A stretch of DNA of 64,000 nt from an uncultured Bacteroidales bacterium (lineage in GTDB: Bacteria; Bacteroidota; Bacteroidia; Bacteroidales; VadinHA17), in the NCBI GenBank assembly GCA_963846335.1, contig CAWJVS010000020.1, positions 30,238-94,237 of the forward strand, written 5' to 3'. Position 1 is the stretch's first letter; each line of letters opens with the position of its first letter. The notes under the pieces are model-generated. The model was not told the DNA's origin. It was given only the letters and a program-made list of their open reading frames with translations, and did no database searches. The translations under genes and the position numbers were made by a program. Shown here piece by piece: positions 36,104 through 45,038 of this stretch.

Positions 36104-37794
36104 TTTTTAGTTATGCAATAAAGGTTTTTACTTCCTCTGATATAAATTTTTTTGTCGGAAAAGGCAGGTGTACAATCAGCGCTTTCCCCAAGAGTTGCTT
36201 CCGAAACCAGTTTAAAGGCAGAACCGGCTTCAACAATATGCATAACACCGCTTCTGTCCAGAAGATAAACCAATTCGTCGGCTATTATGGGAGATGCATA
36301 AAACTGGTCCGGAAAGTAATGTGTCCAGAGAGTATCACCCTTTTCAGTATTATAGCATGCCACATCGCCATTTCCAGTCGAAAGGAAGAGATAATCATCA
36401 GTGGCGACCGGGCTTGATACATCAGGGGTAAAGGTATTATCTTCCCAGGCCACTGATGCACCGGCTCCTGGTTTAATTGCTGTAAGCTTGGCATAATCAG
36501 TAACGGCAAAAGCCATTGTATTGTTGACAGCCACTGAAGGGGCGACATCCCCGCTCATGCATTCCACTGCCCATAACTGCTTTCCTGTGATGGCGTCAAA
36601 GCCGCTCACCGCAGGATTTCCATTTATTATGACCTGTGGTGTGCCTCCAAAATATGCAAGAACAGGTGATGACCATACTGCCCGCCCCTGACGTAATGTT
36701 TCCCATTTCTGGTCACCCGATTCCAGGTCAAATCCTATTAGCGATATTTTTTCATTGCTGTCGAACTGCACCAGCAGCAGATTATCATAGATCAGCAGAG
36801 AGGAGGAATATCCGTAAATGTTTTTCGGCAATCCAATATTTTTTGCCCATTTCTGTTTACCATCCATGTCAAAACAGACAAGATTACCATTTGCAAATAT
36901 TGCGCATACTGCTTTCCCGTTGGTGGCGGCAGTTGAGACTGCCAACCCCGATTCCTGGTCCATATCAGGCAATTCTGAAGGCTCGCCTGGAATGTTCGCA
37001 GCAGATCCGGTCCACAAGAGAGATCCAGAATTTTTATCTATGCAGTAGACATCACACTGGTTGCCTTCTGCTCCGGTAAGAAAGATTTTCTCATCCCATA
37101 TCACTGGGGAGCTTTTACCTGTCAGCGGAAGCTGTATCTTCCATTCAATGTTTTTACCCGTGTTCCCATCCCACTCGACAGGATATCCTGACCCGCCTGC
37201 CATTCCACGGCTGTCCTGTCCGCGAAAGAAGGGAAAATTTGTTTTGTCAGGCTTTGGAGCTGTTTCACTGCCCCTTTTACCTGAACCTCCCGCCATTGCC
37301 GATTCTGATGAAAGATCCGGCAGTTCAGAGCGCAGAATAAATGATGCAGCTATTGAAGCAACTGCAATCACTGATGCCGTTACAAGCAAATATCTTCTGA
37401 CTTTATCTGACCGGGCCGATATTTCAGATTTAGGACCCGGAAGGACAGGTTTGATCTTCTCATTTTCAGCAATCAGACGCTGACAAAAGATGAATATCAA
37501 AGCCCCTGCCAGAAGGAGGTATGAACCTGTTTCGACCTGCCACCTTGAAGAAAAATAGGCTTTACGTGCCATAAGGTCCATTGCCCTTACCTGAGCTGCA
37601 AGGTCTGCATTCGCCGGATCCTTGTCGTACTGCTCTTTCACGGAGAGTAGTGCAGGATTATCAAGAGGCTTTATTGTTTTCAGCTGAGCGAGACTGAAAA
37701 TCATTGTCAGTGCTATAATAAGAGTAAAGCCTCCGGCTGTCCAGCTGACAACTTTAAGCACATTTAAGTCTTTATCTGTGAGGTTAAATTTCAT
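36100..37794 (-). CDS. Membrane-anchored PQQ-like beta-propeller protein (three N-terminal TM segments)
   Basis: 564 aa. TM candidates: VVSWTAGGFTLIIALTMIF, TGSYLLLAGALIFIF and YLLVTASVIAVASIAASFIL. Then FPFFRG and repeated G..(L/K)W blades. Confidence 0.7.
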   Translation of the reverse strand: MKFNLTDKDLNVLKVVSWTAGGFTLIIALTMIFSLAQLKTIKPLDNPALLSVKEQYDKDPANADLAAQVRAMDLMARKAYFSSRWQVETGSYLLLAGALIFIFCQRLIAENEKIKPVLPGPKSEISARSDKVRRYLLVTASVIAVASIAASFILRSELPDLSSESAMAGGSGKRGSETAPKPDKTNFPFFRGQDSRGMAGGSGYPVEWDGNTGKNIEWKIQLPLTGKSSPVIWDEKIFLTGAEGNQCDVYCIDKNSGSLLWTGSAANIPGEPSELPDMDQESGLAVSTAATNGKAVCAIFANGNLVCFDMDGKQKWAKNIGLPKNIYGYSSSLLIYDNLLLVQFDSNEKISLIGFDLESGDQKWETLRQGRAVWSSPVLAYFGGTPQVIINGNPAVSGFDAITGKQLWAVECMSGDVAPSVAVNNTMAFAVTDYAKLTAIKPGAGASVAWEDNTFTPDVSSPVATDDYLFLSTGNGDVACYNTEKGDTLWTHYFPDQFYASPIIADELVYLLDRSGVMHIVEAGSAFKLVSEATLGESADCTPAFSDKKIYIRGSKNLYCITKN

Positions 37795-39061
37795 TCTGGT
37801 TTTGTACTTTTATCGGACAATATTTAAAGCATCTGCCGCAACTGAAGCATTTTCCCTGATCCGGCTTGTATTCAGTCCGTTTTCTTTTAACAGTAAATAA
37901 CACCATTCCTATGCCAAATGATGCTCCCAGAAAAACTCCCGCCCATGGAGCACCACTTTGAAACCGTCCGATTATCATTACCTCTTCAGCAAATAATTCT
38001 TCTTCTGTTTTACCAGATTCCTTAAAAGCCACCGCAGCTTTTGACAGGGATTCTATACCTGTTTCCTTTTCCAGCCTTATTTCTCTGGCAAGATTTACGT
38101 TACTGTTCACACCTGACAGGCCAGGAGCCAGGTTATAAAGGATAAAAGCGCCTGAAACCGCAAAAAGAGGGATAAACAGGAAATAAAGGATGAACTGTTT
38201 TCGGGACTTGCGGGATTCCTCTCGTTGCGGCTCAAGATCGGATGGAATTATAGCATTATAGGGGCATGATTCTTCGCATAATCTGCAGTTTGTGCATTCA
38301 GCAGGAGTTATTGTCAGGTGTTTTCCGGCAAATCTCGAAAAGATATTCAGGAGCACTCCGTACGGACACAGAAATCTGCAGTAAGGCCTGTTTAAAAATA
38401 TGCCGGAAAGAAGGAGCAGGGCCCCGAAGACAATCATTGTGTATGGCGCATCCAGTCTGAATATGCCTATAAAAGGATCATATCTGCAAATTATGAACTG
38501 ACTGTTTGTTGCTGCAAACAATACCGACAGGGCGAGGTAAATGAATGGCACCGAAGCAAGGACCACCTCAGCATTTTTGTTGAGTTTAACAGGCTTAATA
38601 CCGGAAAGCTCCTGTATTGCGCCAAGAGGACATACCCCTGCACAAAATACCCTTCCAAAAGCCAGTGCAAACAGAAGGGGGATAATGAAAAAAAGAAGTG
38701 CAGAAAGGGGGATTGTATAGGAATCATTGAAAAGTGCCAGAGCAACATTCTGCACCGATCCCACAGAACAGATGCATCCCTGTCTGTAAAAGCCAAAATA
38801 AGCCAGGGAAAAAACTGACATCCAGATCAAACCCTGCCTGGAGCGCCTTTTTAACGCAAGCCAGGCTGTAACTGCCAGAGCGGCGGTAAGCACTGCCACA
38901 TCAAAATACTCCCATCCCTGACTTCTCTGAGCTGGCATCTGGTTGGTTGAATAAACATATCCCGATTCAAACTCAGGCCTTGGAAACCTGTCCTGTGCAT
39001 ACATCACGGCCTGCCAGCACAGGAGCAGGATGAAAATAATATATGGAAGAGCTTTCTTCAT
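37784..39061 (-). CDS. NapH/MauN/NosR-type integral-membrane polyferredoxin
   Basis: 425 aa. Two membrane CX3CP motifs (RVFCAGVCPLG, PYCRFLCPYG), a cytoplasmic CTNCRLCEESCP, two extra C-terminal TM segments and a terminal CFSCGRCFKYCP. Confidence 0.75.
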   Translation of the reverse strand: MKKALPYIIFILLLCWQAVMYAQDRFPRPEFESGYVYSTNQMPAQRSQGWEYFDVAVLTAALAVTAWLALKRRSRQGLIWMSVFSLAYFGFYRQGCICSVGSVQNVALALFNDSYTIPLSALLFFIIPLLFALAFGRVFCAGVCPLGAIQELSGIKPVKLNKNAEVVLASVPFIYLALSVLFAATNSQFIICRYDPFIGIFRLDAPYTMIVFGALLLLSGIFLNRPYCRFLCPYGVLLNIFSRFAGKHLTITPAECTNCRLCEESCPYNAIIPSDLEPQREESRKSRKQFILYFLFIPLFAVSGAFILYNLAPGLSGVNSNVNLAREIRLEKETGIESLSKAAVAFKESGKTEEELFAEEVMIIGRFQSGAPWAGVFLGASFGIGMVLFTVKRKRTEYKPDQGKCFSCGRCFKYCPIKVQNQNEI

Positions 39062-39097
39062 TGTCAGTATGTATTCTCGTCAAATTAATATCCTGCA

Positions 39098-39682
39098 CTA
39101 CGACTCAATGTTGCTCCTTTGCCCCTTATCCTTTTGCAGATAGGGAGTCACAGCAGGCACTCTTATTACAGCATCTGACGGACATGTACGTGCAATGGAG
39201 CAATCATTGCAATTTACACATAGGTTATGCCTGATCTGCATATAAAGAGATCCGTTTCCAAAATCAGCGCATCCTTTGACACATTTTGCACAACCGTCGC
39301 ACAGATCCTCATTGATTGTATATTCAAAATATGGTTCTTCAACAAATTTTCTGTTAATTGCACCGGTAGGGCAGAGCTGATTTTCCGCACCGGTGCTTAT
39401 GGTTTTTACTCCCTGCCTGAGATAACCGCCGCAGAGGTCGCAGTAACCGCACATCTGAAATGCATGAACACATTTCGATGCAGAGGGAGTAAGCACACAA
39501 TTGGTTTTACACTGACCGCACTGGGTGCATTTAAACGGATCAATCTGCCAGACATATCCGGAAACAGAAACCTTTTTAATAAGTGCAGCAGGAATTATTG
39601 CAAGTGGCGCTATCACTGCAATTTTTCCTGCTTTCCTCACAAAATCCCGTCTTGATGTATATTTGTTTTTCCTTTCATTCAT
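39098..39682 (-). CDS. Tat-exported NapG/MauM-like ferredoxin (4x[4Fe-4S] motifs)
   Basis: 194 aa. Twin-arginine leader TSRRDFVRKAG plus an h-region. Cysteine clusters CTQCGQCKTNC, CGYCDLC...CPTG, CDGCAKCVKGC and CVNCNDC...CP. Confidence 0.8.
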   Translation of the reverse strand: MNERKNKYTSRRDFVRKAGKIAVIAPLAIIPAALIKKVSVSGYVWQIDPFKCTQCGQCKTNCVLTPSASKCVHAFQMCGYCDLCGGYLRQGVKTISTGAENQLCPTGAINRKFVEEPYFEYTINEDLCDGCAKCVKGCADFGNGSLYMQIRHNLCVNCNDCSIARTCPSDAVIRVPAVTPYLQKDKGQRSNIES

Positions 39683-39693
39683 GTTTGCTGGTA

Positions 39694-39858
39694 TTAATAT
39701 TTACTGCATTCATTTTTCCCCGGGCAATTTCCATTTTCAGGACATGAAGTACAATTTTCTCCGGTAACAACACGGTTTTTCAATGCAAAAACCACTAATG
39801 CAAGAAGTACGAAAAGTCCTGCCTGTATTACCCTTTTAACAAAATCATTTCTCTTCAT
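39694..39858 (-). CDS. Uncalled 54-aa membrane-anchored Cys-rich peptide
   Basis: My own translation: MKRNDFVKRVIQAGLFVLLALVVFALKNRVVTGENCTSCPENGNCPGKNECSKY. It has an ATG start, a basic N-terminus, one TM segment and C-x2-C-x5-C-x5-C. It sits in operon orientation with its stop 11 nt before the ferredoxin ATG. It is below the ORF-track length cutoff. Confidence 0.55.
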   Translation of the reverse strand: MKRNDFVKRVIQAGLFVLLALVVFALKNRVVTGENCTSCPENGNCPGKNECSKY

Positions 39859-39928
39859 AGGTCAACTTGAATAATTATGAAACCGATTCAGTCTTTACAA
39901 ATCTTTGGATGGCTGCACCATAATAGAT

Positions 39929-41143
39929 TCAATTTGCAGCTACATCATAAACCATCAGCGATGTGCCATGCCTGACATACAGCTTTTTGTCTTTTATTAC
40001 CAGATGAGCCCAGTGCGGATTGGCTCCGAAAGGAACTGCAAAAGAGCTCAGTATACTGAATCCATCAACTTTGGGTTCAACCAGGTATACCTTCCCGGAT
40101 TCACTGTAGATATATAATAATCCGTCATTCGCGATAAGTGTTGCAGGTGCCATCTCCCTTGTTGAGAAAATCTGTTTGCCTGTCTTCCAGTCCAGGCAGA
40201 AGATTTTTCTGTTCCTGTCGCCTGAACCATAAATCCTGCCATTCAGAACCACAACTCCCCCAGTTCTGGAATCGAGTTCACTATTTTTCCATACCTCAGT
40301 TACCGAGTTTCCGTCATCTGACAGCTTTAGCATCTCTCCGCCCTTGCCATATCCCGAGGTGCAGTAAAGATAACCATTTATGTAAACAGGAATATTCGGG
40401 TGAACACCTGTATCATTTATATGTTCATACTGCCAGAGCAGTGTGCCGGTTGAAGCATCAAAGCCACAAACAGCGTTTTCCATCATTGTTACAATTATTT
40501 TCCTGTCCTTAACCCTGATCATCAGAGGTGAACAATAGGCTGACTTATTTCCATTGCCCTTGCTTTTCCAGATCATTTTCCCTGTGTTTCTGTCCAAAGC
40601 GACTAAACTTGCTGCTGATCCGCCCGGCGTACAGTATACTGTATTTCCGTCAAATAAAAGATTTTCTGCTATTCCCCATTCATTGTTTTTTGCACCGTAA
40701 TCTTTCTGCAGGTCGGCTGACCAGATTATCTGGCCATTGGATGTATTCATGCAGACAAGTTTCCAGTAGGAACTCAATACGTATAATTTATCGCCGATGA
40801 CAAGAGGAGTAGACCTGCTTCCGTTCCAGTTTTCTGCCCATTCCTTTCCATATTCCTTTTTCCAGAGAAGTTTGCCTGACTGATCCAGTGCAAAAACAAA
40901 ACCTGTACCATTTACCATTCCTGATGTAAAAATTCCTGATCCGGTTATAGCAGCAGATGTATGTCCATCGCCAAGTTCATCGAAATGCCATAAGAGCCTG
41001 GGGCCTGCATCGGGCCATTTTTTAAGCAATCCGGTCTCGTTGTAGATGCCATCCCTGTTTGGTCCGCGCCATTGTGCAACATCCTGGGCATTTGAACTCA
41101 ATGAAAAAATCAAAATCAGAAACGCGAAAGCTAGTTTTGTCAT
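39929..41143 (-). CDS. Secreted PQQ-like beta-propeller protein
   Basis: 404 aa with a signal peptide. WRGPNRDGIYNETGLLKKWPDAGPRLLW and repeated G(K/Q)(L/I)(L/I)W blades. Clear paralog of 43657..44922. Confidence 0.75.
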   Translation of the reverse strand: MTKLAFAFLILIFSLSSNAQDVAQWRGPNRDGIYNETGLLKKWPDAGPRLLWHFDELGDGHTSAAITGSGIFTSGMVNGTGFVFALDQSGKLLWKKEYGKEWAENWNGSRSTPLVIGDKLYVLSSYWKLVCMNTSNGQIIWSADLQKDYGAKNNEWGIAENLLFDGNTVYCTPGGSAASLVALDRNTGKMIWKSKGNGNKSAYCSPLMIRVKDRKIIVTMMENAVCGFDASTGTLLWQYEHINDTGVHPNIPVYINGYLYCTSGYGKGGEMLKLSDDGNSVTEVWKNSELDSRTGGVVVLNGRIYGSGDRNRKIFCLDWKTGKQIFSTREMAPATLIANDGLLYIYSESGKVYLVEPKVDGFSILSSFAVPFGANPHWAHLVIKDKKLYVRHGTSLMVYDVAAN

Positions 41144-41272
41144 AATGATCAGGTTAAAAGATTAAATAATCCGAATCTATCAAATGTAATTATTAAAGTC
41201 ATCTGTCGATGTCCGTTGTTTCCGGGATTGCAGGCAGGTTTTATTACAGGCACTATAAAGGATTTACACATC

Positions 41273-42238
41273 TTAATATTTCCTTGTGAAAACATAAAGT
41301 TTTGAATCAGCCGGATTGGCAGCATAAATGGTATTGCCATCTGAAGATGCCAGATCAAGCGGTATTGAAGGAACAAATTTATTTCTGGATGTAACAAATT
41401 CAATAAATTCTCCTGATTTACCAAGTATTTTGATCCTGTTTATCCCCTTTTCAGAGGTGATAAATCCTTCCGGGGTAATGATGAAGTGAGCAGGGTTGCA
41501 GCATCCGCAGAATGCACCCGGGGCCATTCCAGGTTCACCGAATGAACTCAGAAGCCGGCCTTCAAGTGATCTTGTCTCTATTCTCCTGTGACCCGTGTTT
41601 GCAACATATAAATTGTTTTCGTCAAGCGCCACATCAAAATAGGGGCTCGGGAGAATGAACTGTCCGTCACCCTGACCGACTATTTTTTCCACTCTTCCCT
41701 CTTTGTCGAGAATGACTATCATTTTGTTTCCGGCATCAGCATAAGCTACACGGTTATGATTTGAGGTCACCGATGTTATAAAGCTCTTATCCTCAAATGG
41801 CCCCCATTCATCTTCAATCCTGCCATTTCTGCCAATGACCAGTATCATTTCCATTGTGGAAGCAAAGACAGTATCGCCGGAATTTGACAGAGATGTAACA
41901 GGATAGGGTGTTTTAATGGACCATAACTTTGTAAGGCCTCTGTTATAGCATGTTACAAAAGAGTCTCCTGCTAAATAAACATTTCCTCCAGGTGAAACAG
42001 TAACCGCCTTAAGAGATCCTTCCGTAATGGATAGATCATCTGATACCTTCCATTTTTCCGGAAGACTGTCAGAGACAATAGTCCTGGCTGTATTTTTCTC
42101 AGTGCCGGCCGGCCTTGAGGTGTCAAATATGATATAGGCTATAAATACAACTAATATCAACACTGAAAAAAACGATGCAAATTTCTTGTTCATATCAATG
42201 AAATTTTCAAATGTCAAGGCATAACAGGTTTCTGGCAT
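41273..42238 (-). CDS. Membrane-anchored NHL-repeat (six-bladed propeller-like) protein
   Basis: The likely start is MNKKFASFF at 42193, which avoids overlap. One TM segment. NHL-like blades (NLYVANTGHRRIE, GPFEDKSFITSVT, GINRIKIL). Unusual FCGCCNP motif. Confidence 0.6.
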   Translation of the reverse strand: MPETCYALTFENFIDMNKKFASFFSVLILVVFIAYIIFDTSRPAGTEKNTARTIVSDSLPEKWKVSDDLSITEGSLKAVTVSPGGNVYLAGDSFVTCYNRGLTKLWSIKTPYPVTSLSNSGDTVFASTMEMILVIGRNGRIEDEWGPFEDKSFITSVTSNHNRVAYADAGNKMIVILDKEGRVEKIVGQGDGQFILPSPYFDVALDENNLYVANTGHRRIETRSLEGRLLSSFGEPGMAPGAFCGCCNPAHFIITPEGFITSEKGINRIKILGKSGEFIEFVTSRNKFVPSIPLDLASSDGNTIYAANPADSKLYVFTRKY

Positions 42239-43655
42239 CCCTCATCAGGAGGTAATGCCCGGCAATCGCCATTGGCCCCCAGGCTTCAATGCCGTCAATG
42301 ATCTTATGGCGCGCAAGAAGATTTACGGATGGGCCCTGTATTCTGAAAAGATACAGTATCGCATCATCATCGAGCAGATACATTTTGTCTCCGCTGACAA
42401 TATATGGTCCCAGGCCGCGCCCGTACCTGTTTTCCTTGCCACTGGACCATACAGGTGTTATCAGGTCAGATTTATGGTAACATGCGAGCTGCTTTTTAAG
42501 AGGCCCGGCATTTTCCGGCATCAGACACCAGACATAATCACCAATAATTATAGGAGTCTGCTGGTCACTTGCTATTCCATTGCTGCCTTTATGCTGCTCA
42601 ATTAATACCGCCGCATAGGCATTACCATCATAGTCAATTCTGAGTCTGGCACCCCCGGCGCCATAGCTTCCGAAAACAGCAATTTCATTGTTGCCCAGAT
42701 AGAGGGGAGATGCAGCAGTAGTTGCAGGACTCCATTCTTTGGTTTTCCATAAAAGTCTGCCAGTATCTTCTCCTTCAGCGGATACGCCGCAAACACCTCC
42801 AACTGCATTATAAACATACATTCTTTTGCCATGTATCACCATCGGAATGATAGACCCATGTGACATCTTCAGTGAATCGCTGTTTGGAGTTTCCCAGAGT
42901 ATTTTTCCCGTGGCACACTCAACACCAATCATCAGCGCTCTGACACCCGGAGCAAATATTGCGACATCATTTTCAATTAAAGGGCATTGCCCGCTGAAGA
43001 AGTCGGGGGTTACTCTGCCATTGTCCCATCCGGGAATACCATATTTTTTTTCAAGGTCCAGTGTCCAGAATAAATCTCCGGAAAGCGGATCCAGACACAT
43101 TACATGTGACCGGGGTCCCAGAGTTACAAGGTACTTGTCAGTAACAGCAGGAATTGTCCGGGAATATCCGTGATTCCTCTTCAGTTCAACGTAATACCAG
43201 CGTCTCCACAGCTCCTTGCCTGTTGCCAGGGAAAAACATCTGAGCACATCAGCCTTCCTTCTTTCATTATAATCAAGAAGGTAAACCCGGCCGGCGTGAA
43301 CAACAGGCCCGGCGTAACCTTCACCAAGGGTCGTCCTCCACACAATCCGGGGACCTGACGTATCCCATTTTTCAAGCAGAGGCGTACTATCTTTGCTGAT
43401 ATTATCAAAATCAGCTCCCCTGAATCTTGGCCAGGCTCCCTGTATCAATTCATCAAAAGTCCCGAGTGTGTCAAAATGCTCCCCTATAATTACAGAATCG
43501 GAGCGGGGTACCAGTTTTGGACGGTTGTCCATCCCCGGAATTCTCTCAGAAACAATAAATGGCTGATCTTTCAGCAGCCACCAGATAAGCAGACCCAGAA
43601 AGCCTGCGATAACCCCCGATGTAATTATAATATGCCTTTTCCCGGGTGAACCCAT
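42207..43655 (-). CDS. Membrane-anchored PQQ-like beta-propeller protein
   Basis: 482 aa with one N-terminal TM segment (IIITSGVIAGFLGLLIWWLL). WPRFRGADFDN, then blades GKELWRR, GDLFWTL, GKILWET and RLLWKT. Confidence 0.7.
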   Translation of the reverse strand: MGSPGKRHIIITSGVIAGFLGLLIWWLLKDQPFIVSERIPGMDNRPKLVPRSDSVIIGEHFDTLGTFDELIQGAWPRFRGADFDNISKDSTPLLEKWDTSGPRIVWRTTLGEGYAGPVVHAGRVYLLDYNERRKADVLRCFSLATGKELWRRWYYVELKRNHGYSRTIPAVTDKYLVTLGPRSHVMCLDPLSGDLFWTLDLEKKYGIPGWDNGRVTPDFFSGQCPLIENDVAIFAPGVRALMIGVECATGKILWETPNSDSLKMSHGSIIPMVIHGKRMYVYNAVGGVCGVSAEGEDTGRLLWKTKEWSPATTAASPLYLGNNEIAVFGSYGAGGARLRIDYDGNAYAAVLIEQHKGSNGIASDQQTPIIIGDYVWCLMPENAGPLKKQLACYHKSDLITPVWSSGKENRYGRGLGPYIVSGDKMYLLDDDAILYLFRIQGPSVNLLARHKIIDGIEAWGPMAIAGHYLLMRDARNLLCLDI

Positions 43656-43656
43656 A

Positions 43657-44922
43657 TTATTTTCCGGCTTTTAATGAATACACGGCCAGGTATCCTCCAT
43701 GCCTTAAGAACAACCTGCCTTTATCAATAACAGGATAAGCCCAGTATGGGCCATTACCTTTTGTGACCTTGAATTCACTTACGACTTCCAGCTTTTCAGG
43801 TCCCGGCTTAACCAGTCCGACATTACCTTTCTTCTCCTCATAAAAATACAGCATTCCGTCAGCAGCTATCAGCGAACCCTTGTTGTACCAGTCAGTCTTC
43901 CACATTGTTTTGCCGGTTTTCCAGTCTACACACATCCATTTCCCATATGAACTTGATTCATAATTTGAACCATATACATAGTCGCCCAGAAGAACCGCTC
44001 CCCCGACATGCGGATCCAGGTCATTATTCCTCCATACAACTGAAGGTGCTGACCCGTCAGGATTTAGTTTCAGCTTGAGGGCAACTTTGTCATATCCGCT
44101 GGAAATAAATAAAAAACCGTCGCGGAATAGAGGAGTGTTAATATGGGCAAATCTCCACTCCGGTGCAGTACATTCAGCCATATAGTCGAATTTCCACTGT
44201 AATCTTCCGGTATTCGGATCAACCGCAAAGAGATATTTTGCTCCCAGAGTCACAATCAGCTTTTTGCCTCCGGACTCCACCAGAATTGGATTTACATATT
44301 GTGTGACATCATTTACAGAGGGAGTTTCCCATATGACACTTCCGTTATCAGCATTGAACGCCACCATTGCTGCAACTTTACCACCGGGTGTGGCAATTAC
44401 TTTATTCCCAACCACAAGCGGACATTCCGAAATACCAAAATCGGGTGTTACCCCCTTATATTTCGTTGAATAATTGACCGACCAGATAATTTTACCTTCT
44501 GTGCTTATGCAAACCAGATCACCCATTCCGCTTACCAGGAATATCCTTCCGTTTGACACTGTTCCGGTCCCCCTGCTGTCGGGATAGTTGCTGTCGGAGG
44601 CTTTCCCGTAAATTACCTCCCACTTTTTCCTTCCTTCCTGGGTAAACGCTGTTAAGACATCATTTACTCCGCGTCGGCCGGATATGTAAACAGCATCATC
44701 AGTTACTGTCACACTCGAATAACCGGTGCCTACATCAGTTGTTTCCCAAAGGAGTGCCGGACCTGAAGATGGCCAGGCTTTAAGCAATCCTGTCTCGGGA
44801 TAAATACCCGACCGGTCAGGTCCCAGCCAGCCATATTGTTTTTGTGCATTGATGACTGATGATGTAAGGATTATAAATGCGGCAATAATATATATTTTCT
44901 TCATATCCATCCGAACTGACAT
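43657..44922 (-). CDS. Secreted PQQ-like beta-propeller protein (first gene of the operon)
   Basis: The likely start is MKKIYII at 44904. Signal peptide, then WLGPDRSGIYPETGLLKAWPSSGPALLW. Paralog of 39929..41143. Confidence 0.75.
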   Translation of the reverse strand: MSVRMDMKKIYIIAAFIILTSSVINAQKQYGWLGPDRSGIYPETGLLKAWPSSGPALLWETTDVGTGYSSVTVTDDAVYISGRRGVNDVLTAFTQEGRKKWEVIYGKASDSNYPDSRGTGTVSNGRIFLVSGMGDLVCISTEGKIIWSVNYSTKYKGVTPDFGISECPLVVGNKVIATPGGKVAAMVAFNADNGSVIWETPSVNDVTQYVNPILVESGGKKLIVTLGAKYLFAVDPNTGRLQWKFDYMAECTAPEWRFAHINTPLFRDGFLFISSGYDKVALKLKLNPDGSAPSVVWRNNDLDPHVGGAVLLGDYVYGSNYESSSYGKWMCVDWKTGKTMWKTDWYNKGSLIAADGMLYFYEEKKGNVGLVKPGPEKLEVVSEFKVTKGNGPYWAYPVIDKGRLFLRHGGYLAVYSLKAGK

Positions 44923-45038
44923 ATTTTTCTAAAGGAACGCAAGATAGGAAAATCATTTCTGGTTCAAAATGAACATGACAATTAAGCATATTATCTTATC
45001 CCGAATTAAGGATTTTTAACAACTGACTGCGACTGCTC

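Noticed and set aside
31491-44922. Calling the propeller proteins PQQ-dependent dehydrogenases or BamB.
   Set aside because: Only the generic beta-propeller repeat pattern is visible. I cannot confirm PQQ or Ca ligands by eye, no pqq biosynthesis genes or cytochrome c domains are present, and BamB is normally a single lipoprotein. I kept the neutral label PQQ-like propeller.
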